From: Macrostomum lignano | Lineage: Eukaryota | NCBI GenBank assembly: GCA_002269645.1 | Contig: NIVC01000255.1 | Location: forward strand, 682,001-746,000 | DNA length: 64,000 nucleotides | Direction of reading: 5' to 3' | In this document: positions 37,641 to 49,959 of the stretch, piece after piece | Numbering within the stretch: position 1 is the stretch's first letter | Layout of the letters: the number at the start of each line of letters is the position of its first letter | Notes under the pieces: model-generated | Told to the model about the DNA's origin: nothing | Databases searched by the model: none | The model's input: the letters and a program-made list of their open reading frames with translations, nothing else | Position numbers and translations under genes: made by a program

Positions 37641-38344
37641 AGGTATAAGTATTTGTGAGATAGTCGAGATTAATACAGTTGATACACTGCAAGTTAGGAA
37701 AACTTATCTTAACTGAGATTGTAATGGCAATATGATGTAATTTGTTATGCACTTAGTGGCACTTAGATTTAGATTGACATCAGTCGGTCTGCGTATATTT
37801 AATCATGCTTAGTTACATAAATGGTGTTCATAGAAGATACAGTGTTGCTAAAAATAGCATCGGAAATGATCAAACTGGATAGAAGGAAAGATTTTCAATT
37901 GCGCTGCAGCTTTGCCTGGCATGGCGCAAAAGCAACACAAGGCCAGCGTGACTGTCGCACACTGAAAAGGTTGCGCAATAGACCGTCTTGCGGTTGCGAC
38001 GTGCGTCATAAGGAATAAATCGAGGGGGGAGAGGAAAGGAACTAAGAACTAAGCTTGTTATTGCCTGGTTTCTAAGCCAATATGACGTAATACCATTTTG
38101 GCAGCAAATGTGATATCAGATATGTTGCGAGGGTAGCTTTGAAGGTTGAAGAATTAACGTCTTGTATAATGTTACACCGCTGGGTGCGTGTCTTGGTTAG
38201 AGAAATATTGTGTATATTGGCCTATCCTTAACAGATGCATGGTTGCTTTCGACGTTGGCAGCCAAATTACGAGTAGAAGGGGTTGCTAAGGACGCTGCAG
38301 AACTGACTCCAGCGTCTCTTGTAACGCCACAGGCACAAGGCACA

Positions 38345-39020
38345 GGCCACAGGCACTCATTTTAGCGCCAAAGGCACTCATTTTAGCGCCACAGGCACTC
38401 ATTTTAGCGCCAAAGGCACTCATTTTAGCGCCACAGGCACTCATTTTAGCGCCACAGGCACTCATTTTAGCGCCACAGGCACTCATTTTAGCGCTCACGG
38501 ACTCATTTTAGCGCCGCAGGCATTCATTTTGGCGCCGCAGGCACTCATTTTAGCGCCGCAGGCACTCATTTTGGCGCCGCAGGCATTCATTTTGGCGCCG
38601 CAGGCACTCATTTTAGCGCCGTACGCACTCATTTTAGCGCCACAGGCACTCATTTTAGCGCCACAGGCACTCATTTTAGCGCTCACGGACTCATTTTGGC
38701 GCCGCAGGCATTCATTTTGGCGCCGCAGGCACTCATTTTAGCGCCGCAGGCACTCATTTTGGCGCCGCAGGCATTCATTTTGGCGCTGCAGGCACTCATT
38801 TTAGCGCCGCAGGCACTCATTTTAGCGCCGCAGGCACTCATTTTAGCGCCGCAGGCACTCATTTTGGCGCCACAGGCACTCATTTTAGCGTCGCAGGCAC
38901 TCATTTTAGCGCCGCAGGCACTCATTTTAGCGCCGCAGACACTCATTTTGGCGCCACAGGCACTCATTTTAGCGCTCACGGACTTATTTTGGCGTCGCAG
39001 GCGCTATATTTTGGCGCCCT
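38345..39020. repeat. 21-bp minisatellite (GGCACTCATTTTAGCGCCGCA) with periodic GCTCACGGAC variants
   Basis: Source of the MSACGAK ORFs; variants at about 38493, 38681 and 38974. Confidence 0.95.
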
Positions 39021-40268
39021 GTAGAAAAATTATTGATTACCACAACGGGTCACAAGAAGGTGGGTGAAGGGGACATGTCCCCTCTGTTCCCCGGTGTCGA
39101 CGCCCCTGTTGCTAAAAACACTAAAGAAGCAAATTTTCCAACTATATATAGAAATCGGCAATTTTCCAATAGAAATAGCTGGCAAAATAAAAAATATTAC
39201 AAAAGGGAAGCCATTTTATCTCAATAATTTCTTTTTCCATAGACAGAAAGGCAGGCAGCACCGTTCAGGCCATGACCGCTAAGGTTTTCCCAAACCATCC
39301 CGAGGACCTATCCTGTCCTGTCCTCAGTTCCTCTCATTCTTTATCCCCAACCATGACAAGTATAGTATGTAGTATATAGTATAGTATGCAGTGCCATAAA
39401 TCATCACTTGATACCTTGAATTGGCTGGGGTCTATACAGACAAGATGAGACAGAGACAGTCCAGTCTGTGCCTCTCTGTCTTCTCTGTCTGTGTCTGCCT
39501 GTCTTCATGGAGTTTTCCAAGCCTTAACTAGGATGGGGGGTGGCGGGGCTCGGTCCAGTCCAGTCGGGGGAGAGAGAGCCATGCAATTCGCTGACGAATC
39601 GGTTGCGTAAAAGCTGTCTTGCGTAATAATAGGGTTCTGGCTGGGCCACAGTCTAAGGGTCCGCGGGTGGTGGCGGCTGGGGTGGCTGGCGTGAATGTGG
39701 AACCCCCAGCGCCGTGTAACCCCCCATAACCCCACCCTATACACCCCGGCGGTGGATTGTCCTGAGGCTTCGGGGCAAAGACGAGGGCTCGGGGGCGTTC
39801 AGGGATGGATCACGTGATAGAGCTTAGAAATTTAGGGGGCTGTGGGGTGGGGTTTTGTGAAGAAGGCTTTTCCTGGCTATGGCCTATAGAAAGGCCTGAT
39901 TACGCAATCGTTAGGCGGCCTTCTGCTCTCTCTCTCTCTCTCTCCCTCCGTCTGTCTCGTTCCAATTCGGCTTATTCATTCATTTCAAACGCGGCCCTTT
40001 GGAGGAGTATAGGAGTATATAGGCGGGGGTCCTCGTTCGCCGTTGGCTCGACCAATATAATTTCATCTCTTGGCCCTGTATATACCCCTTCCCCTATAGC
40101 ACACACCAGTGTCCGAGTCGCGTAATTCGTAAGAGCAGAAAAGGCGACAGTGTTCGGAGAAAGAGAGAGAATTTCAGTCTGACTGACTCAGCTTACTTAC
40201 CAGATTTATAAACTTTGTAATACATATAGAAAACCGCTAGATGTCGAATACTTAGCGGCATTCGAATA

Positions 40269-43200
40269 ATGAATCCGCATGTCCTTAGCAACGGTATTCC
40301 GTTGCCAATGGACCACGCTGAAACGCTGGACCTGATCTGCAGTTTAGAGCGAGAAATTTTCTGTTCGGCAACCGACACCACAGATTCTGAGGACAGATGG
40401 AGGTCTGCGACATCTGCGGCTGCTGAAACTTCCGTGTCGGTTGGTGCTGTTGTGTCGCCCGAGTCGTCTGAAGGCGACCCGGATCTCATTGTTCAGCAAC
40501 AGCAGGAGCAGCAGACTAAAGCAGCCGCCACCATAACACTGGTTAAGTTGGAGCCGTCACAAAACCGGCAAAAAGTTGAACAGGAGGAAGTCGGTAGCCA
40601 TGCCAACAACAACAACACCAACAATAATAACAACAATGAGGATGCAGCCACTGCTGCTGCTGCTGATAACGATTTGACACCGCCTCGAGTGTACAAACCT
40701 TGCGTTGTGTGCGGCGACAAGAGCTCCGGTTATCACTACGGTGTCAGCTCGTGCGAAGGCTGCAAGGTGAGGCACCAGTTTTAAGATTTGTGAAGTTTAA
40801 AATGTGATCTGTTGCTTAGTGTTAGTCTTGGCCTGTAGTGTAATACGTGACCTGTAGCTTAGGGTTAGTCTTGGCCTGTAGTTTAACATGTGATCTGTAG
40901 CTTAGGGTTAGTCTTGGCCTGTAGTGTAACATGTGATCTGTAGCTTAGGGTTAGTCTTGGCCTGTAGTTTAACATGTGATCTGTAGCTTAGGGTTAGTCT
41001 TGGCCTGTAGTGTAACATGTGATCTGTAGCTTAGGGTTAGTCTTGGCCTGTAGTGTAACATGTGATCTGCAGCTTATAGGTTGATCTTGGCCTGTAGTGT
41101 AACACCAGGGTTGATCTAGGCCCCTGGAGTGCAGCCTACAAAGAACATGTACTTTGATAATCGTACACATAAAACGTTCCAACCAAACGTTCTTACAGGG
41201 CTTCTTCCGTCGCAGCATTCAGAAGAGTCTCGTGTACAGCTGTCAGAAATCCGATCAATGCGAGGTGACCAGACAGACCAGGAACAGGTGTCAGTCTTGC
41301 CGGCTGAGAAAGTGCATCGCTGGCGGCATGTCTAGGGAGGCTGTTCGAACCGATGCGACATCATCGGGAACAGTGAGAACAGCTCAAGCCTGCCAGCAGC
41401 AGCAGCAGCAGCAGTTGCTGTCAGAGTCAGACACTCAATTGTTGGAATCACTGAGCCGAGCCTACGCAGAGCTGATTGACAGACGAGTTGACAAGAATTC
41501 CGTCGAAGAAGAATCTGTTGCAGATTCTGAGGCGCAGATAAGCGGAGACAATGAAACTGATGCGGGGGCGGAGAGAGTCTGGCAGCTCACTGACCTGCTG
41601 TCGGTGAGTTCACAGTCGCATTATACTGGCTGTTTATTGAATAATAATGTGGCATGTGTAGGATACTACTATAAGTAAACAGAACGGATATGTCACCGTA
41701 TTTGTTTATCTAAATGTGCTCAAGTTGCTAAATCAGTGCTCAACCAGTATACGTGTTTGAGTCAGTGTACCGATGGGGCCTCATAGTCTGTCAGTGACTC
41801 AATTACATCATAATACACTTAATTAGACCATAAAGAACTCGATTAGACAATCAGTGACTCAATTAGACCACGAATTACTCAATTAGACCACCAATGACTC
41901 AATTAGACCATCAATGACTCAATTAGACCATGAATGACTCAATTAGACCATCAGTGACTCAACTGGTGCCCTAGTGACTCAGTCAGAATGTCACTGATGA
42001 CTCAACTACTGTTGCCAGACTCAATCAGTGCATCCCAGTGACTCAAGCCTCATCGCCAACTCCCCCAGGTGTCGTCAGTGCAGCGCGTGATCTCATTCGC
42101 CGAGCGCTGCCCGAGTTCAGCAGCCTCCTGCCCGAAGATCAGAGCACCCTATTGAAGTGCGCGATGCACGAAATCCTCGTGCTGCAGCTGGCCAGCAGCT
42201 ACGACAGCCAGACTGACCGATTCCAGTTCTCGTCAACCAGCATCAGCTCCGCCGGGCTTGAGGCTCTGGGATTTCGGCATATTCTGCACAATCTGGCCCA
42301 GATTGGCAGCAGCTTGGCGCGCCACCGACTTGTCAGCGAGGAGCTGGCGCTGCTGGCAGCCGTGGCCATCTTTGCCGACGGTGAGTCCGGCCAGCTCAGC
42401 GCTGTGTACCGTCTGACACAGCTTCAGTGCCCGCAGCTGCCTGCATCTACTATGAGTAGCTCTTGTCTCATTCTGTTCCGTTCTTTCTTCCATAACTCGC
42501 TGTCTTCCTACTCTCACTCTCTATCGGAATCTGCATCTCACTCTCTCTCTTACCCTCCCTCTTACTGCCCTCTCACTCTCCCTCTCGCTCTCCTCTCACT
42601 CTCCTCTCACTCTCTCACTCTCTATCGGAATCTGCATCTCACTCTCTCTCTTACCCTCCCTCTTACTGCCCTCTCAATCTCCCTCTCGCTCTCCTTCTCA
42701 CTCTCCTCTCTCACTCTCCCCTCTCACTCTTCCCTCTCACTCTCCCCTCTCACTCTCCCCTCTCACTCTCCCCTCTCACTCTCCCTCTCACTCTCCCCTC
42801 TCACTCTCCCTCTCACTCTCCCCTCTCAATCTCTTCTCTCACTCTCCCCTCTCACTCTCCCCTCTCACTCTCCCCTCTCACTCTCCCCTCTCACTCTCCC
42901 CTCTCACTCTCCCCTCTCACTCTCCCCTCTCACTCTCCCCTCTCACTCTCCCCTCTCACTCTCCCCTCTCACTCTCCCCTCTCACTCTCCCCTCTCAATC
43001 TCTTCTCTCACTCTCCCCTCTCACTCTCCCCTCTCACTCTCCCCTCTCACTCTCCCCTCTCACTCTCCCCTCTCACTCTCCCCTCTCACTCTCCCTCTCA
43101 ATCTCTTCTCTCACTCTCCCCTCTCACTCTCCCCTCTCACTCTCCCCTCTCACTCTCCCCTCTCACTCACTCATTTTCTCCCAGTTTTCCTTTCCTCTTC

Positions 43201-44738
43201 CTATCCCTACTCAATGGTCCTCAGTCACACTGTCTGCACCAGTTTCCGCTTTCACTATTCTCCCATGCTCCCATCCTAATGCCCCGTCTCCAGATTCGCA
43301 AATTAATCATTTAAATGCATTTCTATTATAATGATGCGAGCCCAATTCTACCAGGGGGATCTCTGAATTGACTTGAATTGAAAACAAAACTGCAGATCAC
43401 ATGGAGCTGAAGGACCCAGATCGCGTGTCCCAGTGCCAGCAGAAAATCCTCGGCTTGCTGCTGCGCTACCTCAGAGCTGCCCATCCGAACGATCGGGTCC
43501 GATTGGCCAGGATCGTCTCCACTGTTGTGCAGCTCAGGGAGGTGTCAGTCAAAGGTATGCAGTTTGATTGCGCAACATCGTCTCACCAACATGCAGCGCT
43601 GACGGCAGCTCTGCCCATTCCACTGACTCCTGAGCAGATGCAAGCGCGCCAATACCGTACTCATTCACACGCTCACCTCAGTCTCACTTCCAGTCTCATC
43701 CCCCAGTCTCACCTCAGTCTCATCTCCAGTCTCATCCCGTCTCATCCCAGTCTCATCCCCCAGTCTCATCCCCCAGTCTCACCTCAGTCTCATCCCCAGT
43801 CTCATCCTGAGTCTCACTCCCAGTCTCATCCTGAGTCTCATCCTGAGTCTCACTCCCAGTCTCATCCTGAGTCTCATCCTGAGTCTCACTCCCAGTCTCA
43901 CCCCCAGTCTCATCCTGAGTCTCACTCCCAGTATCACTCCCAGTCTCACCCCCAGTCTCACCACCAGTCTCATCCCACAGTCTCACCCCCAGTCTCATCC
44001 CCCAGTCTCACTCCCAGTCTCATCCCCCAGTCTCACCTCAGTCTCATCCCCAGTCTCACCTTAGTCTTATCCCAAGTCTCATCCTCAGTCTCACCCACAG
44101 TCTCATCCCCCAGTTTTATCTCCAGTCTCACACCCAGTCTCACCTCAGTCTCACCCCCAGTCTCATCCTGAGTCTCACTCCCAGTCTCACTCCCAGTCTC
44201 ATCCCCCAGTCTCATCCCCAGTCTCATCTCCAGTCTTATCCCAAGTCTCATCCTCAGTCTCACCCACAGTCTCATCCCCCAGTTTTATCCCCAGTCTAAC
44301 CCCCAGTCTCGCCCCAGTCTCACCCCCAGTCTCATCCTGAGTCTCACTTCCAGTCTCATCCCCCAGTCTCACCCCAGTCTCACCCCCAGTCTCATCCCAC
44401 AGTCTCACCCCAGTCTCATCCCCCAGTCTCACTCCCAGTCTCATCCCACAGTCTCACCCCCAGTCTCATCCCCCAGTCTCACTCTCAGTCTCATCCCCCA
44501 GTCTCACCTCAGTCTCATCCCCAGTCTCATCTCCAGTCTTATCCCAAGTCTCATCCTCAGTCTCACCCACAGTCTCACCCCAGTCTTTCCAGTCTCATCC
44601 CAATCTATTCTGCATTCTGTCTCGCGCTCCGCAGGTTCTGGCAACGTGCTGCAGCTGAAGATGCAGCACGCAGGCGGCGAGGTCCCCCCTCTGGTGGCGG
44701 AGATCATGGACCGCGAAGACATCATCTCGTATCCGTGA
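40269..44738 (+). CDS. RAR: Nuclear receptor, retinoic-acid-receptor (NR1B)-like
   Basis: Exons 40269-40766, 41199-41603, 42069-42380 (1 nt missing near 42100), 43396-43554, 44635-44738; about 492 aa. DBD: [28 protein letters not shown]|[15 protein letters not shown]...[11 protein letters not shown]...[11 protein letters not shown]: FA.ALPEF..L..EDQ..LLK. C-terminus: LQLKMQ...VPPLVAEIM, like RAR ITLKMEIPG.MPPLI.EML. Confidence 0.82.
40800..41105. repeat. 43-bp minisatellite in RAR intron 1
   Basis: ACATGTGATCTGTAGCTTAGGGTTAGTCTTGGCCTGTAGTGTA, about 7 copies. Confidence 0.93.
41790..42030. repeat. About 20-bp minisatellite (TGACTCAATTAGACCATCAG) in RAR intron 2
   Basis: Direct reading. Confidence 0.85.
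42500..43175. repeat. 15-bp polypyrimidine minisatellite (CTCTCACTCTCCCCT) in RAR intron 3
   Basis: Source of the [13 protein letters not shown] tail. Confidence 0.95.
43675..44605. repeat. CAGTCTCAYCCC-type minisatellite in RAR intron 4
   Basis: Direct reading. Confidence 0.95.
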
Positions 44739-45289
44739 TTCAATCGGTTAGAAGTCCTTGAATTGCTTCGATAATATCCCAGAGTTCAGATATATAAAAT
44801 GTTTAATAATTAAACGCAGTATTAAACGCTGGAGTCTAACAGTTTCTTAAGCTCGTATTTTTTGCTTGATTTTTTTTCATCACTCTGCATCATAGGATGC
44901 GCAGTTGCTATGGGAAACTGACCATAATTCCCTTTTGTTAGCCAACGACATTGCATCCTTGTACATAGCCAACAAAGCAAAGGTTCGTATTCAGGGATAT
45001 TGTGAATAAATTTGCATTATATAACATTAGTGTTGTGTGCACTATTTATTTGTCACAATATTTTTCAACAAAAATTATCGATCCTTATATTTTTTCCAAG
45101 CCGCTCCTACTTCAGACCAGCTTCAGATGTTTGTTATACAATTTCTCCACTGCGGTGTACATACTGTGCGTACTCTTCATTTATTGCTTTTCATACTGGT
45201 GACTATTGCTGTACTTTTACACGCATTTGGACTGTTTTGTGATTTCACTATCAGCAATGATGACTAATTACTCTGCAGCTACCTGACTC

Positions 45290-45795
45290 CTTGTGTCACT
45301 CCCATCCCTCCGTGTGTCACTCCCATCCCCGTGTGTCACTCCCATCCCGTGTCAGTTCCATCACCGTGTGTCACTCCCACCCCTCCGTGTGTCACTCCCA
45401 TCCCTCAGTGTGTCACTCCCATCCCCGTGTGTCACTCCCATCCCTCCGTGTATCACTCCTATCCCTCCGTGTGTCACTCCCATCCCCGTGTATCACTCCC
45501 ATCCCTCCGTGTGTCACTCCAATCCCTCCGTGTGTCACTCCCACCCCTCCGTGTGTCACTCCCATCCCCGTGTGTCACTCCCATCCCTCCATGTGTCACT
45601 CCCATCCCCCCGTGTATCACTCCCATCCCTCAGTGTGTCACTCCCATCCGCGTGTATCACTCCCATCCGCGTGTATCACTCCCATCCGCGTGTATCGCTC
45701 CCATCCGCGTGTATCACTCCCATCCCCGTGTCACTCCCATCCGCGTGTGTCACTCTCATCCCCATGTGTCACCCCCATCCGCGTGTGTCACACCA
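45290..45795. repeat. 19-21-bp minisatellite (TCACTCCCATCCCTCCGTGTG)
   Basis: Direct reading. Confidence 0.93.
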
Positions 45796-46474
45796 CTATC
45801 AATACCCCAAGATAAAAATTGGCATCAACTCTATTTCAAATCATTCATTTAAAAAATATTTCTGTGGCTATTAATATAGCGAAAATGTTAAATTGATTTA
45901 CAACCCTTCAAGAAGCTCAAATCTAAAATGTATATTTATCCTGCTCTTGCTGTAAACTATCGCTGTAGTTTGATATTTTCGTCATTTTTATTTGTAACAT
46001 TTTTCCATTTTTATTCCAAATATTTTTATGGCTAACTATTAATTCACTTGTTCGCATTGTGCGAGCCTTATTTTCTGAGCGAAACTATGAGTGCTTCACT
46101 AACTCGTACCGAAACAATCAGTATGCGCGTATTTTTGTTTTACTTATTGTACGTCGTACAAATTTAAATTAATACTATTTTGCGCATTATAACAAATACG
46201 AAACCGGTCAAATCTGTTAATTTTTGTTTAAAAGCATTTTTCGCAAGCTTCAACCGCTAAAAACCAATCATATTTTTCTTATGAGCAAACAATTTACTAT
46301 TAATGTACTTTATGCGTAAACCACTTTCTTGTCTCAAAAGACATTAATGCTAAATTAATGCATATTTTTATCTATTTCAATAAACGACTGAGTTTTACGA
46401 GCTTCGTGTCGGATTATTGTTTTAAATTTGAAGTTTGCCTTCGTCTTGATATTCTATGTTGTTAATACTCTCTG

Positions 46475-47114
46475 TATGGCTGTCTGTCTGTCTGGCTGTC
46501 TGTTTGTCTGTTTGTGTCTGTTTGTCTGTCTGTCTGTCTGCCTTAGTGTCTGTCTTAGTGTCTGTTTTAGTGTCTGTCTTAGTGTCTGTCTTAGTGTCTG
46601 TCTTAGTGTCTTTCTTAGTGTCTGTCTTAGTGTCTGTCTGTCTTAATGTCTGGCTTAGTGTCTGTCTTAGTGGCTGTCTTAGTGTCTGTCTTAGTGGCTG
46701 TCTTAGTGTCTGTCTTAGTGGCTGTCTGTCTGTCTTAGTGTCTTTCTTAGTGTCTGTCTGTCTGTCTTAGTGTCTGTCTGTCTGTCTTAGTGTCTGTCTT
46801 AGTGTCTGTCTGTCTGTCTTAGTGTCTTTCTTAGTGTCTGTCTGTCTGTCTTAGTGTCTGTCTTAGTGTCTGTCTGTCTGTCTTAGTGTCTTTCTTACTG
46901 TCTGTCTGTCTGTCTTAGTGTCTGTCTGTCTGTCTTAGTGTCTGTCTTAGTGTCTGTCTGTCTGTCTTAGTGTCTGTCTTAGTGTCTGTCTGTCTTAATG
47001 TCTGGCTTAGTGTCTGTCTTAGTGGCTGTCTTAGTGTCTGTCTTAGTGGCTGTCTTAGTGTCTGTCTTAGTGGCTGTCTTAGTGTCTGTCTTAGTGGCTG
47101 TCTGTCTGTCTTAG

Positions 47115-47151
<37 letters not shown>

Positions 47152-47152
47152 G
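46475..47152. repeat. Compound (GTCT)n / TGTCTTAGTGTC minisatellite
   Basis: Direct reading. Confidence 0.93.
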
Positions 47153-47405
47153 GCTGAGCAACAGTTTCAAAAGGAATTAACAGTTTCAAGCGGAATTAAC
47201 ACAAAGACGCGACCCGAAGATTTTCAGGCCTTTCGGTTTGCAAAGTGATTTCAAAGATCTGTCATTGTATTTTTGTAGCGTTTTTGAAATTGTTGCTTCA
47301 AATGTTGGATTGCAGAGTCCTCGGGATGGCGTGCTCAATCTGCAGACAGGAATTCCTTCTGCTTGATGAAGCTGCAGTCACAGGTGCTTGGCTGCTCCCC
47401 AGCTC

Positions 47406-48512
47406 TCAGCTGCCATAAAAGTGTCGGCTCGTCAGTCGCTTGCCAAACCTGCAATGGGCACGCGTAGAAAAATCGCTTGAAACATTTTTGTCAGTTTGAG
47501 AGTTCAAGACTGACAGTTGCTGGGTTGCATGGGGGGGATTTTCACCTCGATTTTTTCCCTAGCAGGAGCAGAGGGCGCGTGGGAGGCGCCTGGCAACAAT
47601 AGCAGGATTGCAGCGGACGCCGTGGCCCGAGTCCTCTTCGCTCGGGTTGAGCTCAAACTGTTGTACAAGGAATTCTTTTGTTTTTTATCTATGAATATGA
47701 TTAGGATCCTTACCTACAGCTGACTTTCTCTCCCAGCATGTTTTTTTTCACAGCGCTGGCGTGTGTTCACAGCTAGCAGTTGCTGGCTTCACTCAACTCT
47801 CTTCTTCATTCTTCTCATGCTACTTGGAAGCCACTTGAACTGTCTGCCACCTGGCTCTCTTTTCGCACTTTCACGTTGTCACATTGACATTCGAAATCTC
47901 ATGCATGTAGCTTTTTTTAGCGATGTATATTTTTTTTAGGCGCTAGATTAGATAATTAATCTCTTAATAAAGACAACTAATTAATAACCAGATAAGATGT
48001 TTAGGGCCCCCGATTAAATAGTTAAACGCCATATTAGATAATTAGGCGACAGTGCTAAGACGATTAGGCACTGGATTAGATAATTAGGTGCTAAATAAAT
48101 TTGTTAGGCACCAAATAAACAGGTTAAGCGCTAGTTTAGATAATTAGATGAGACAATTAGGTAAAATATTAGATAATTAGGCAGCAGCTTAGATAATTAG
48201 GCGGTAGATTGGATATTTAGGCAGCAGGTTAGATAATTAAGCAGCAGATTAAATAATTAGGCGGCCTCACCTCTGCCTGCCCAGCAGTTTCAGGTAAGTC
48301 TCCAGCCGGTCCATGTACGCTTCGAATTGCTCAGCCGATTCAAATTTTGGCGGCGCCACCGAGAATTGACGGCGTCTGGCCAGCCGGTGGGGGACAGTCC
48401 AACCAAAGTCCGCGTCGTTTTCTCCTGGCTGAGTTGCCATGGCAACCGTTGAAGTGACGGCCAACAGAACTAGCGGCAGGGATATTAGAAGCACGCGAGC
48501 AGCGATTCCCAT
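47406..48512 (-). CDS. NPF: Neuropeptide F / NPY-family precursor
   Basis: Exon 1 is 48512-48271 (signal peptide, RRR, ...YMDRLETYLKLLGRQ-AG). A phase-2 intron splits the Arg codon. Exon 2 is 47448-47406 (G-TTT-GGC-AAG-CGA, giving R-F-G-K-R ... stop). 94 aa. Tyr lies at positions -10 and -17 from the amidated Phe. Confidence 0.92.
47940..48262. repeat. Degenerate TAGATAATTAGGC repeat in the NPF intron
   Basis: Direct reading. Confidence 0.8.
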
Positions 48513-48724
48513 ATCGGCAGAGGTCAGTTTCTTCTCAGAAAAAAAGTTCTCAACTCTAGCTCGCACAGTTTATCGGCAGAGGTCGGCTCTGGTGGATCAG
48601 CTTTGGGATTTTTGTACCGCTTTTTAGTCGCTGCTTATTGGACTTGGGACTGTTGAGAAACCCCCGTGTGCGTACCTGATTGGGTGTGTTGCTGTGAGGA
48701 TTTGAGCCAAACTTTTGTCCTGGC

Positions 48725-49130
48725 CTGAGAGAAGAGAGGGAAAATTGAGAAAAAGTAACAGAGGAGAGAGGAGAGGGGAGAGATGAGAGAAAAGAGGGGA
48801 GAGGAGACCAGAAGAGATGTGAGAGGAGAATAGAGAGATGAGAGAGGAGAGGGGAGAGATGAGATAAGGGGAGGGAAAGATGAGATAGGAGAGGGGAGAG
48901 ATAAGACCGGAGAAGAGGAGAATTGAGAGAGGAGAATTGAGAGATGAGAGAGAAGAGGGGAGAGATGGGAGAGGAGAGGGGAGAGATGGGAGAGGAGAGG
49001 GGAGAGATAGAGAGAAGGATGGAGAGATGAGAAAGGAAAGGGGTTGAGATACTCGTAAGAGGGGAGAGAGGCTGGGGAGAGATGAGAGGGGAGAGAGGGG
49101 AGCGGGGAGAACCGGTGAGAGAGGGAAGAT
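48725..49130. repeat. GA-rich low-complexity tract upstream of NPF
   Basis: Polypurine composition. Confidence 0.9.
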
Positions 49131-49959
49131 GAGCGGGTTGAGGGAATAGTTCTACAAACAAACTAGATTAATTGAGAAACTACACTCAATTTCTCACAAG
49201 CTGTTTTTTTGCTTATTTGGGCTCAACGAAATTACAAAGCTGATATTCTGCTCACGTTTGACGCTCATACATAGTACATATATTTAGATTCTTAATTCTG
49301 TAAAAGTTAAATTCGAGTCATGATTGGCTTTTTAATTTAAATTAGAATTTCGAAAAAAGCACATTACGGGTGCATGTTACAATAATGAACGCACATCCTT
49401 GTCCTTAATTAAAGGACTTCAATTACTCACTTTTCCCAACTCCGAGTAAAGCTAGATTATAAGGCCGACCATGATACCGGCATATTGAACTCTATTATGC
49501 AGCAATTTAAAAACTAACTAAGGCCCAAAATAAATTAACAAGAATGTTTGGGCACCACTGCACCAGCTCAGAATAATTGATAAGCAACGTGGATGATATT
49601 GTTAAGCGCCCTGTACATGTTAGGCTTCGCAGATTAATACTGATAAGTGGATCGATAAGCGCCATAGATTAAGCCTCCTGTACACGATCGATAAGGGCCA
49701 GAGAAATATTGTTAAGCGTCACAGGCATACTGATAAGCGCCATGAAGAGCGATAAGAGCGATATGATAAGCGGAATGCAAAGGTTTAATACGAGCCACAG
49801 TACATGTACATATTTATCTCTACAGAGAATGACTGATAAGCATCATAGAAAAGTTTATTACGCGCGATGGAAAGGATTGTTAAGGGCTATTGATAAGTCG
49901 ATTTTTAAGCGTCATATAATTGTTAAGCGTCATTAGAGCTAAGATTTTTAAACACCAAG

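Noticed and set aside
39060-39110. hAT-like end (...GTCGACGCCCCTG)
   Set aside because: No matching opposite terminus or TSD found.
40850-41050. TTAGGG telomere-like motif
   Set aside because: One hexamer per 43-bp unit, not a telomeric tract.
42381-44171. Ser/Leu/Pro- and His/Gln-rich extensions of the nuclear receptor ORFs
   Set aside because: Read-through past GT donors into intronic minisatellites.
48511-48590. Direct repeat TATCGGCAGAGGTC containing an AGGTCA-like half-site near the NPF start, next to the RAR-like gene
   Set aside because: Spacing of about 60 bp does not match DR1/2/5 elements; no evidence of regulation.
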